DNA of 64,000 nt from Candidatus Binataceae bacterium (GTDB lineage Bacteria; Desulfobacterota; Binatia; Binatales; Binataceae), in the NCBI GenBank assembly GCA_024281015.1, contig JAMXLL010000174.1, positions 1,318 through 65,317 of the forward strand, given 5' to 3'. Below the pieces are notes generated by a model. The model ran no database searches. It had not been told where the DNA came from and saw nothing but the letters and a program-made list of their open reading frames with translations. A program made the translations under genes and the position numbers. Below, piece by piece: positions 20,207 through 31,850 of the stretch (position 1 is the first letter of the stretch; the number at the start of each line of letters is the position of its first letter).

Positions 20207-21811
20207 ATGGAAGCAACATTATCCACCGAGGCGGCACGGCCCACGCCGGCTGCACACACCGCCGAAGCTGCGCGCAAATGGATTATCGCCGTCTCGGTCA
20301 TTCTCTGCGCCGCGCTCGAGGTGCTCGACAGCTCGATAGTCAACGTGGCCCTGCCGCACATGCAAGGAAGTTTTGCGGCGGGAGTCGACGAGATAACCTG
20401 GGTAATAACCACCTACCTGGTCGCTGCGGGAATAATGATTCCGACCACTGGCTGGATCTCCGGCCAGTTCGGCCGTAAACGCTACTTCCTCATCTCGATC
20501 AGCACTTTCGTGATCTCTTCTGCGCTCTGCGGGGCGGCACAATCGCTCAACCAGATGGTTGCATTTCGGTTCCTGCAGGGTATCGCCGGAGCGGCATTGC
20601 AACCTTTATCACAAGCAATCCTGATGGAAACGTTCCCCCCGGAGGAACAAACGCTGGCCATGGCCGTGTGGGGAATGGGAATGATGGTCGCGCCACTGCT
20701 GGGTCCAACGGTTGGCGGCTATATCACCCTGAATTGGAACTGGCGCTGGAATTTCTACATCAACGTGCCAATCGGGATAACGGCCGCATTCATGGTGAGT
20801 ACATTCGTGCACGACCCCTCCTATCTACGCCGCCTCAAAGGTGCGGGGCGGGCCGATTGGCTGGGGATCATATGCCTGGTGCTGGCACTCGGTATGGGAG
20901 AAATAGTAATGGATCGCGGCGAACGTGCTGATTGGTTCGCCACGGCATGGGTTTGGTATTTCACCGTAATTGCGGCCAGCGCCTTTTTTGTACTAATTCA
21001 CCACGAGCTACATACCGCCCAACCGATCGTCCAACTGCGGCTGCTCAAAATCAAAAATTTCTCGCTTCCCACCGCCCTGCTCGTCACCCTTATCTTCACC
21101 GCTTATGGCATGCAGATCCTGAATCCAATTTTCCTGCAGGATCTGCTGGGCTACACCTCGTGGCAGGCCGGACTCCTGATGTTGCCGCGCGGCTTGGGCT
21201 TGAGCGCAGCGATGTTTTTCCTTGGCGGTATTGCTCGACGTGGCTACGATACGCGCCCGCTGGTAGCGTGCGGATTTGTCCTGGTGGGTCTGGGATTATG
21301 GCTCCTGGGCGGCCTCAATTTGAACATGGCCGTTTGGAATTTTGTCTGGCCGACAGTCATCCAAGGTATCGGCATGGGGCTCGTCTTCCCCAATTTGTCG
21401 GCAGCTGCCCTGAGTTCAATCCCGCGCGAGCAGATGGGTTACGCGACCAGCCTTTTTTCGATGACGCGCAACGTCTTCGCTTCGATCGGAACCTCAGTGC
21501 TGACCACCCTGCTGGTTCGCCGCCAACAAACGCAGCAAAGTTACCTGGTCGCGCATGTATCGGTATTCGACGCGTGGCGAATGAGTCATCAGCCAATAGC
21601 GATGCCCGGCGCGCCGCATTTCGATATTGAGCAGCTCGTCCGCGGACCCAAGCAGGGCCTTGCGATGATCTATGCGGTTGTGCAGAGCCAGGCGATGATG
21701 ATCTCGTTGAACAATATCTACCGCATGCTGGCAGGAATAATGCTGATCGGACTGCTGCTCTGCTTTCTGCTCCCCGCACAGCGCAAAGCAGCCGCGCTGG
21801 CTGCCCACTGA
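20207..21811 (+). CDS. MFS transporter, DHA2 (EmrB/QacA, 14-TM) family
   Basis: LDSSIVNVALP signature, GxxxGRKR loop (GQFGRKRYF), about 14 hydrophobic segments, 534 aa. Confidence 0.85.
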   Translation: MEATLSTEAARPTPAAHTAEAARKWIIAVSVILCAALEVLDSSIVNVALPHMQGSFAAGVDEITWVITTYLVAAGIMIPTTGWISGQFGRKRYFLISISTFVISSALCGAAQSLNQMVAFRFLQGIAGAALQPLSQAILMETFPPEEQTLAMAVWGMGMMVAPLLGPTVGGYITLNWNWRWNFYINVPIGITAAFMVSTFVHDPSYLRRLKGAGRADWLGIICLVLALGMGEIVMDRGERADWFATAWVWYFTVIAASAFFVLIHHELHTAQPIVQLRLLKIKNFSLPTALLVTLIFTAYGMQILNPIFLQDLLGYTSWQAGLLMLPRGLGLSAAMFFLGGIARRGYDTRPLVACGFVLVGLGLWLLGGLNLNMAVWNFVWPTVIQGIGMGLVFPNLSAAALSSIPREQMGYATSLFSMTRNVFASIGTSVLTTLLVRRQQTQQSYLVAHVSVFDAWRMSHQPIAMPGAPHFDIEQLVRGPKQGLAMIYAVVQSQAMMISLNNIYRMLAGIMLIGLLLCFLLPAQRKAAALAAH

Positions 21812-21990
21812 CTGCAGCTTTCAGCCAGCTAATTAAGCGCTTTCTTTACAAATGGCGGAAGCGAGGGCGTGGTAATCGCTCGAGCATCGGCGCCGCTCAC
21901 AAGCCTTATGACTGTCCCGCATGAAGTTAAAACCGGCGTGACTCTCCGGCATCCTGAAGTGAGCAACTTGAATGTAGTGACAGGATCGCG

Positions 21991-22020
21991 GATAGCTTCA
22001 CGCGTAAGCGTGAAGCTATC
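21991..22020. repeat. Perfect 13-bp inverted repeat with a 4-nt loop (GATAGCTTCACGC-GTAA-GCGTGAAGCTATC) between convergent genes
   Basis: Read directly from the sequence. Lies between the MFS stop (21811) and the sirtuin stop (22085). No flanking T-tract. Confidence 0.7.
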
Positions 22021-22084
22021 GGCACCGGAGTCTGCATCCGCGATGCGCTCCACATTTGTTAGCTATATTTGCCGAACACCAAGC

Positions 22085-22882
22085 CTAGGACAACTTTTCT
22101 CTTCGCAATTCCGATACTGCGGCGGTAAGGCGCGGCAGTATTTCGCCGGTGGGACCACGCAGGCTGGCGTCGCAGATGGCGGTAATCTCGCTTTCATAGA
22201 GATTGGCCTCGATCATAATTCCGCCGCGCTGCTTGATTTCCACCGCAAACCCTGCCGCTGGATACACGGTAGCTGAAGTGCCCGCCACCAGTACCAAGTC
22301 GGCCTGCGCCGCGTTGGCGACACATTGATTCAGGACGTCGGCCGGAATTGGCTCCCCAAAAGACACGGTGTCGCTCTTCAGAATTCCCTCGCATTGCGGA
22401 CAAAGCGGCGGCAAGACCTCGAGGCTGATCTCTTCCACCTTGAAGCGCGCGTTGCATTCGATGCATCGAATGAGCTTCCAATTGCCGTGAATCTCAGCTA
22501 GCGCCTGTTGGCCCGCCTGCCGATGCAAATCGTCGACATTCTGAGTGATGAGGAACCGCAGCACGCCCATCGCTTCGAGCGTTGCGAGCGCGGCGTGCCC
22601 GGGGTTGGGCTGGGCAATCCTGAGCGGACGCCATAACTCATCATCCTGGCGGCGAATCCGGTCTTCCCAGCCTTTTTTTGGGTCGGCGATAAAAAGCTGG
22701 TAGCCGTTCATGGGCGGCTCGCCATATTTTGTCCAGAGCCCGCCGGGGCCACGAAATGGCGGGATGCCACTTTCAACCGACATTCCGGCGCCGGTCAACG
22801 CGATGGGGTAACGAGCCTCTGTTAGCATCCGGGCGGCAGCAAGGATTTCTTCGTCTGATGCAATGTGTGTTTCCGTAGCCAT
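22085..22882 (-). CDS. cobB: NAD-dependent protein deacylase (Sir2/CobB family)
   Basis: GAGMSVESGIPPFRGPGGLW, TQNVDDLHRQAG, catalytic HG, Zn ribbon CIEC...CPQC, GTSATVYPA. Confidence 0.9.
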   Translation of the reverse strand: MATETHIASDEEILAAARMLTEARYPIALTGAGMSVESGIPPFRGPGGLWTKYGEPPMNGYQLFIADPKKGWEDRIRRQDDELWRPLRIAQPNPGHAALATLEAMGVLRFLITQNVDDLHRQAGQQALAEIHGNWKLIRCIECNARFKVEEISLEVLPPLCPQCEGILKSDTVSFGEPIPADVLNQCVANAAQADLVLVAGTSATVYPAAGFAVEIKQRGGIMIEANLYESEITAICDASLRGPTGEILPRLTAAVSELRREKLS

Positions 22883-22927
22883 TGTTTATTCTCTGACGTG
22901 TTGGTGTCTCGGCGGAGCGGCCGCATT

Positions 22928-23908
22928 TCAAGTAACCACGCACGATAGAAACGTGAAAGCGTACGCGGTCACGCCCGGGTCAAGCATTTTCAATCCCAGG
23001 CTTCCGGACAATACCGATGGATTGGCTATCAAGCTGTACATCCTCGGTCGGTCCACAGTTATGAAGCATCGCCCATTTGAAAAGGAGACGTCAGAGCCCG
23101 CGCGCTGTTCCTCGCCAATCAATAGTTCAATGCGAGCTGGTCCGCTGACAGGCGGCGCCATGACCAGGTTCACGTCCATCGCGGTATAGCGGAGCATGAT
23201 CGTCGCGCCTGAAGTTTCGCACCGTGAACTTTCCTCACTGACAAACCATCGGCCCGCAAGATAGGCCGCGCCTTCCATGTAGCGGCCTGGATCTGAATAG
23301 TCGAAACTCTTGTCGCGGATGATGCCAGCCGGGTTGCCGAACTGCCCTCGCGAGTACCCGAGGTAAAGCTCCGGGGTTACCCGGTAGCAGACCGCGCCGG
23401 GTTTGTCCGCTTCACGAATCGGTTCCAGCACCGGCGGTAACTGGGCGGCCGGATCGAGTTCCATCAGCAGCTTTTGAATCTGCTGTTCGGTCTCCTGGTA
23501 CAGACCCTCGCCAAAATGGTAATAGCGTAGCAGTCCCTGCGCGTCGATTAGATATTTGGCGGGCCAAAAGCGGTTCGAATAGGCACGCCAAATAGCATAG
23601 TTGTTATCGAGCACGATTGGATAATCGAGAGCAAATTGCGTGATTGCCTCGAACACGTTGGCGCGGTCACGGGCGAAGCTGAATTCCGGCGCATGCACAC
23701 CTACCACCATCAAGCCGTTTGAGGCGTAGCGGCGATGCCACTCGGCGACGTATGGCAGCGTTCGTATGCAGTTGACGCAAGTGTAATCCCAGAAATCCAG
23801 CAAGATGACCTGGTGACCGCGTGCTTGTGCGAGTTCAACCGGTCCACGCTGAATCCATTCGCCGCCCTGTAACTCCGGCGCCAGTATGGTCTCCTTTATT
23901 TGCGGCAT
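22928..23908 (-). CDS. Thioredoxin-fold redoxin with a C-terminal beta-rich domain (DipZ C-terminal-like)
   Basis: DFWDYTCVNCIRTLPYV CxxC motif and VVGVHAPEF. I prefer the ATG at 23908 (GGTGAG 7 nt upstream) over the ORF-track start at 24016. Confidence 0.7.
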   Translation of the reverse strand: MPQIKETILAPELQGGEWIQRGPVELAQARGHQVILLDFWDYTCVNCIRTLPYVAEWHRRYASNGLMVVGVHAPEFSFARDRANVFEAITQFALDYPIVLDNNYAIWRAYSNRFWPAKYLIDAQGLLRYYHFGEGLYQETEQQIQKLLMELDPAAQLPPVLEPIREADKPGAVCYRVTPELYLGYSRGQFGNPAGIIRDKSFDYSDPGRYMEGAAYLAGRWFVSEESSRCETSGATIMLRYTAMDVNLVMAPPVSGPARIELLIGEEQRAGSDVSFSNGRCFITVDRPRMYSLIANPSVLSGSLGLKMLDPGVTAYAFTFLSCVVT

Positions 23909-24126
23909 GTTTCGCTCACCGGTTAGATACGTACATACAGGATATTTTGCTCGCTCTACCGCACCGGCCTGCGCGAGCGCCAATTCATGCGCCGCACGAC
24001 TGTCGCACAGTATCATACTGCCGTCTAAGGTTATACGCGGGGATTTGACCGTAGCCCGGTCAGCGCTCCGCAGAGCACTTCTGGTGGTTGTTATCGTTCG
24101 GCATTTTTCGGACAGGTGAGGAAGGG

Positions 24127-24561
24127 ATGAACGCGCACATAAGAGTTTTTGAAATCACCGACCGTTCCCAGATGGAGCAAGCATGGACGATTCGCCGCCT
24201 CGTGTTTGTTCAGGAACAGCATGTGCCCGAAGAGCTGGAGATGGATGCTGAGGACGCGCACGCGCTTCACGCACTCGCGTTGGACGGCAATGTGCCGGTC
24301 GGATGTGGCCGAATGGTGACCCATGATGGATATGTGAAGATTGGCCGAATGGCGGTTTTATGCGAACGTCGCGGCCAGGGAATCGGCCGAAGTATCCTCG
24401 CCTTCCTGATGGATCTCGCCAGACAGCGAGGGTTTCAGCGCGCCGTGCTACATGCTCAGCTCACTGCGGAAGGTTTCTACCTTAAGAATGGTTATGTTCC
24501 TGAAGGCGAGGTGTTCGAGGAAGCAGGCATCGCGCATCGCCGAATGTTCCGGGAACTATGA
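24127..24561 (+). CDS. GNAT-family N-acetyltransferase
   Basis: Acetyl-CoA loop RRGQGIGRSIL, 144 aa. ATG 24127 is preceded by GGTGAGGAAGGG. Confidence 0.8.
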   Translation: MNAHIRVFEITDRSQMEQAWTIRRLVFVQEQHVPEELEMDAEDAHALHALALDGNVPVGCGRMVTHDGYVKIGRMAVLCERRGQGIGRSILAFLMDLARQRGFQRAVLHAQLTAEGFYLKNGYVPEGEVFEEAGIAHRRMFREL

Positions 24562-24917
24562 CACTTTTCTCGGATACCACCGCCGCAGCGAACCCGGTGT
24601 CGGAGACCGGATTCTCACGTGGATTATAAATAAGTCATTCGCCGCTTGCTCAAAACGAGTGTTGCAATCGGCGTCATGATGGGCTTTGCACCCAATTTAG
24701 CCCGCTGACATTCGGTCTTGAAGTGATCTTCGCCTGGCTTTCGGCGACACGAACTAGCCATTTGCCCCGTTTCCAGCCCTTGTTTACTTCGGCAGCCCGG
24801 ATTCCGTCACCCGAGCGCGCAGAGTGTTACAATAGTCACAACGGCATCGCTTTTGTATGCCAGATGATGTTTTCACCTGCCATTGTTGAGATGAGGATGG
24901 CCTGTTTTGGGACAAGT

Positions 24918-26369
24918 ATGGACAGTTTGCCCGGCTTTCTGTTAACCGCCAGCTCCTTGTTCGCGAGGCTGGCACGAACAACAAAACGGCGAGCTGCTGC
25001 AATCCTGCTGCTCGGCTTGATCGGGAGCCTGGTTGCCGGCTGCGGCACTATTCCTGACACCAGTCAGCTCATTCGAATGGATGTGCTGCAGCTTGAACAC
25101 CCGCGTTTTGTCGGACCGCATGGATCGCTAACCCACGAACAAGGACAGCGAATTATTACGCGTATTCAACGCAACCAGGAAACACCGACAGATATCCTGG
25201 AGCGCCATATCAGTTTCGAGCAGGCGATTAGCAACGTTCCACTGACGGTAGGCAACCGAGTTACGCTGCTAAAGAATGCGGCTGCGACGTACCCGGCCAT
25301 GCTCGCGGCCATCCATAGCGCCCGCGACAATATAAACCTCGAAATGTACATTCTGTCCGATGGACAAATCGGCCAAATGATGGCCAACGCGCTAATCGAG
25401 CGAGCCCATCACGGAGTAAGGGTGAATGTCATTTATGACAGCCTTGGATCGCTCCAGACGCCTGGCAGTTTTTTTGACAATCTACGTTCGAATGGAATAG
25501 CCGTCGTGGCTTTCAACCCTCTGAGCCCGTTTCGAGCCAGGCATTGGTCACTGACGCAGCTGACTCGTCGCGATCACCGCAAACTGCTCATAATCGACGG
25601 TCGCGTTGCATTTACCGGCGGAATCAACATCTCCGAGGTGTACGCCAGTGGATTGCGTAGCGAGGCGGGCAATACCCCACCCAGTTACTGGCGCGACACC
25701 GACGTCGAGGTCCAGGGCCCTGCGGCGGCGGAATTTCAGAAGATTTTTGCGAGTGATTGGTACCGCGAAGGCGGCCTGCCACTCGATAAACACCGATATT
25801 TCCCAAGAGTACCGGCTCAGGGGAAACAGATCGTACGAGTGATTGCCAGTGATCCCGAACAGTTTCCTCTGATCTACGTCGATATGATTTCCGCGGTCGT
25901 CAATTCCGAAACCAATGTCTACATAACCGATGCCTATTTCGCCCCAGACCGTCAGATGCGGCATGCATTGGCGCAAGCTGCCCGCCGGGGTGTGGACGTG
26001 CGCCTGTTGCTGCCCAGCCAAAGCGATGAGCCGTTTATCGTTTCCGCTCAGCGCTCGCATTACCGTGGCCTGCTTAAAGCAGGCGTGAAGGTTTATGAAT
26101 GGAGCGGCAAAATGCTGCATGCCAAGACCGCAACCATTGACGGCGTGTGGTCAACGGTTGGTACTTCCAACCTCGACTGGTGGAGTATCGCCAGGGACCG
26201 AGAGGTCAATGCGGTCGTTCTCGGCCATGAGTTCGGGGACCAAATGAATCTGATGTTCAAGAACGACCTGGAAGATTCCCAACCAATCGATCTGGCGCAA
26301 TGGAAACACCGTTCGCTGCTCGAGCGGCTAAAGGAGCGTCTCGCCGAATTGATACAGCCGCTCCTGTGA
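24918..26369 (+). CDS. cls: PLD-superfamily enzyme, cardiolipin-synthase-like, with a predicted lipoprotein signal
   Basis: Two HKD motifs (HRKLLIIDGRVAFTGGINIS and HAKTATIDGVWSTVGTSNLD). N-terminus is RTTKRRAAAILLLGLIGSLVAG|C with a lipobox. The start is uncertain (ATG 24918, or an in-frame TTG further downstream). Confidence 0.8.
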   Translation: MDSLPGFLLTASSLFARLARTTKRRAAAILLLGLIGSLVAGCGTIPDTSQLIRMDVLQLEHPRFVGPHGSLTHEQGQRIITRIQRNQETPTDILERHISFEQAISNVPLTVGNRVTLLKNAAATYPAMLAAIHSARDNINLEMYILSDGQIGQMMANALIERAHHGVRVNVIYDSLGSLQTPGSFFDNLRSNGIAVVAFNPLSPFRARHWSLTQLTRRDHRKLLIIDGRVAFTGGINISEVYASGLRSEAGNTPPSYWRDTDVEVQGPAAAEFQKIFASDWYREGGLPLDKHRYFPRVPAQGKQIVRVIASDPEQFPLIYVDMISAVVNSETNVYITDAYFAPDRQMRHALAQAARRGVDVRLLLPSQSDEPFIVSAQRSHYRGLLKAGVKVYEWSGKMLHAKTATIDGVWSTVGTSNLDWWSIARDREVNAVVLGHEFGDQMNLMFKNDLEDSQPIDLAQWKHRSLLERLKERLAELIQPLL

Positions 26370-26394
26370 GATCTCCCGGGTGTCCGTGAACTAC

Positions 26395-27222
26395 TCAAAC
26401 GTGCGCTAACGCGAACTGCTCGATTACCTGCGCCAGCGAGCCAGGTGCTTCGAGTGGTAAATGGTGGTGGGCGTTCGGAATTGTCACAAGTTCGACCATA
26501 CGATTGGCATGACAGGCGCTGATCGCCGCATCGGCGGTCATAATGCGGCTTCGTTCGGCCCGCACCAGTAACAGCGGAAGTTGCACGCCGGCGATGGCAG
26601 CGGCGACGTCCAGCCCGTCGCCGCCAAAGAAGGTCTCGCGGTCGAACTTCATCGTGTAACGCCCCTCGGTCGTGCGCACAATGCTGTGCCCCGCAATTTC
26701 AGCGAGCAGTTCCGGCGCAATCGCTCCCTCATTCGGCATCAGGCGAAAACGCGCTTTCGCCGTCGCAAAATCAGGGTAGAACACCGTGGGAATTGTTCTC
26801 AGACGCTTCAGGTAGCGACTACGCCGGGCACCTGAGGTGATTGCGACGTCAATCACGGCCGCCCCACGCACCAGCGGGTGGTACTCCGCGGTGAAGGCGA
26901 GCACTGCAATACCTCCCATACTATGACCTACGGCAATCGCTTTCTCAGCATCAGCAGATGGAATCAGGCGCGCGAGATCATCCGCATAATCGGCCGGCGA
27001 ATAATGGGAAGGGCGAACCCACTCGCTGTCACCGTGTCCTCGAAGATCGAGAGCCAGGATGCGGAGATTAGCCCCACTCAATGCTTCCGCCATCGGGCGC
27101 CACCACCAGGCATTGGCCGAATTGCCATGCAGCAGAAGGAGTGTGTGTGCACCACGAGGGTTCCATTCCAAGTAGTGGAGACGTGGAGAGCCCGATACAA
27201 AGCGGCTAACCGGAGAGTTCAT
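26395..27222 (-). CDS. Alpha/beta-fold hydrolase (paralogue B)
   Basis: LLLLHGNSANAWWW, ALDLRGHGDSEW, nucleophile elbow GHSMGG, IPNAHHH. Confidence 0.8.
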   Translation of the reverse strand: MNSPVSRFVSGSPRLHYLEWNPRGAHTLLLLHGNSANAWWWRPMAEALSGANLRILALDLRGHGDSEWVRPSHYSPADYADDLARLIPSADAEKAIAVGHSMGGIAVLAFTAEYHPLVRGAAVIDVAITSGARRSRYLKRLRTIPTVFYPDFATAKARFRLMPNEGAIAPELLAEIAGHSIVRTTEGRYTMKFDRETFFGGDGLDVAAAIAGVQLPLLLVRAERSRIMTADAAISACHANRMVELVTIPNAHHHLPLEAPGSLAQVIEQFALAHV

Positions 27223-27251
27223 CCGTTACATTATAAGCGGGAGGACCGAAT

Positions 27252-28091
27252 TTACTTGCTGGCGGATTCGGCGCCAGCCCTAAGCTCGCTAAGAAACTGC
27301 TGGAGTGCCGCGATTAACCCGCTTGGGTTGTCGAGCAGCACGTGATGGTGGGAATTGGGGATGACTGTGAGCCTCCCTTGCGGCATCCGCGCAGCAATCT
27401 CTCGTCCATAGTCACGCGGCATAGGGGTTGAAGCCGGACGCACATATAGCGCGGGACATTGAATCCGCGGCAGCAATGGCCATGCGTCAATCGGTTCGCG
27501 CAACATCGTGCGCCGATCAATTTTGTGAACCCATTTGCCGTCGCCTTCGGAGCGGAAAGTGTTAAGCGCAACCTGACGCATTACTTCCGGAGCCGCGACC
27601 GTGTCATCCGGTATGGTACGGAAGGCACTGACCGCAGCTTCGAGGGAATCAAAGCGCCGCGATGGACGTTCGGCCATGTCTTTTAGCGCCTGCTTGGCAA
27701 AGGCCGGATAGGTTGCCGGACTGTCTATCACTGCTATCGCCCGTACTGTTTCGCCGTACGTTCCTGCATATACCAGGACGTTGTGGCCGCCCATCGAATG
27801 TCCCACCAGGACCGGGGGACCGAACTCCCAGGCACTGATAATCTCGTGCAGATCCACGATATAATGCCGGGTACCGTAAGCCCATTCAGGCGTCCATGGG
27901 CTGTCACCATGGCCGCGCTGATCGAGCGCCATCACATGAAAATGTTGGGTGAAGGCGGGAGCGACGAAATCCCACCAATGGGCGTGCGCCGAGCCACCAT
28001 GAAGAAACAAGAGCGGCGGCAGTCCATGACCGCCGTAATCGAGACAATGCAGGAGCAACTGATCGCTGGCTCGAAAGCTAACGCTATGCAT
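27252..28091 (-). CDS. Alpha/beta-fold hydrolase (paralogue A)
   Basis: LLFLHGGSAHAHWW, ALDQRGHGDSPW, GHSMGG, IPNSHHH. Colinear with paralogue B. Confidence 0.8.
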   Translation of the reverse strand: MHSVSFRASDQLLLHCLDYGGHGLPPLLFLHGGSAHAHWWDFVAPAFTQHFHVMALDQRGHGDSPWTPEWAYGTRHYIVDLHEIISAWEFGPPVLVGHSMGGHNVLVYAGTYGETVRAIAVIDSPATYPAFAKQALKDMAERPSRRFDSLEAAVSAFRTIPDDTVAAPEVMRQVALNTFRSEGDGKWVHKIDRRTMLREPIDAWPLLPRIQCPALYVRPASTPMPRDYGREIAARMPQGRLTVIPNSHHHVLLDNPSGLIAALQQFLSELRAGAESASK

Positions 28092-28172
28092 AATTGTTGG
28101 TATTCAAAAGGGTTCAGCCGTGTCGCGCAAGTTCTTACCAGCAAACATGTTGTTTTCCTGCTGGATTTTGTG

Positions 28173-28808
28173 ATGGCCACGCTTCCGCGTGTACGCGGAC
28201 GCGTTCATTCAAAGTTGACCGTCGCAGCCGCATTCGCGAGCCTTTGCCTTGCTCAACCGGTCGACGCTGCACCAACTTCTCCTGCGTCCTTGCCGCCGGT
28301 TGCCGACGCCGGATCTTATGCAGCAGGTGCGAATACGGTCAAAGCCCACGAACTGGTTTCCGCAGCGATTAATATGACCAACAGCGAACAGGCGGTGAAA
28401 CTCTTGTGGCAGGCGACCGAGGTCGATCCGTCGCTGGACGAGCCTTACATGTATCTGGCCTTGTACTACGACTCACGTTCCCAATTCGACAGAGTGGTAG
28501 AAGTTTATCAGAAGCTGCTGAAATACCAGCCCAGGGAAGCAACGGCATACGTAAATATCGGCGAAGCTTACATGTCGTTTTCGCCGCCCAAATTTGATTC
28601 GGCATTGCCGTACTACTTGAAAGCTCTCCAGCTTGAACCGCAAAATGCGTTTGCTGCCTTGCGAATTGGCGAAGTTTACGCCCAAAAGGGCGACCCCTAT
28701 CATGACCAGGCCCTCCACTATTTGAATCTCGCCCGCAGCGATCGTTCAAAAAATCCCACCGCGGCTGCCGAAGCCGACAAGGTGCTGCACCAAATGGGGG
28801 CGTCCTAG
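28173..28808 (+). CDS. Secreted TPR-repeat protein
   Basis: Signal-like MATLPRVRGRVHSKLTVAAAFASLCLAQPVDA, followed by TPR-type repeats (YMYLALYY...AYVNIGEAY...ALRIGEVYAQKGD). The upstream part of ORF 27783-28808 is antisense to the hydrolase, so I rejected it. Confidence 0.7.
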   Translation: MATLPRVRGRVHSKLTVAAAFASLCLAQPVDAAPTSPASLPPVADAGSYAAGANTVKAHELVSAAINMTNSEQAVKLLWQATEVDPSLDEPYMYLALYYDSRSQFDRVVEVYQKLLKYQPREATAYVNIGEAYMSFSPPKFDSALPYYLKALQLEPQNAFAALRIGEVYAQKGDPYHDQALHYLNLARSDRSKNPTAAAEADKVLHQMGAS

Positions 28809-28818
28809 AACTCTTTGC

Positions 28819-31661
<2,843 letters not shown>

Positions 31662-31850
31662 TTATCCGCGCACCTCGCAGAACTGTTTTTTGCACGCTCG
31701 GCCGAACTTGCACATAGGCAGCGATGGTAGGCTGCACTACCCCACTGCCTCGACAAGCTCGCCTCTTGAAGGGCTCTTCTGAAGATATGCAGGGCCGCGG
31801 GGTGATGATAGCCTTTTATCCGGATGGCTTAAACATGACCCGCCGTCGTG

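Noticed and set aside
21829-22053. 74-codon GTG ORF downstream of the sirtuin
   Set aside because: No RBS and no motifs, and its middle is encoded by a perfect 30-nt palindrome. It is more likely a structural DNA/RNA element than a gene. It is kept as a hairpin finding only.
22085-22882. Sir2-domain protein as a possible anti-phage (Thoeris/DSR-type) NADase
   Set aside because: It has the full deacylase motif set, including the Zn ribbon, and the normal CobB length of about 265 aa. It has no fused sensor domain or defence-type partner. A housekeeping sirtuin is the simpler reading.
24918-26369. PLD-family protein as a nuclease or defence effector
   Set aside because: Two full HKD motifs with cardiolipin-synthase-like spacing and length (about 480 aa). 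Nuc-type PLD nucleases are single-HKD and much shorter. No defence neighbours.
27783-28172. N-terminal extensions offered by the ORF track: 27783 for the TPR gene, 39697 for glcD, 58908 for DUF1028, 24723 for cls, 24016 for the redoxin and 47198 for yajC.
   Set aside because: The extensions overlap neighbouring genes or are motif-free. Internal ATGs with an RBS or signal-peptide context give products of canonical length.
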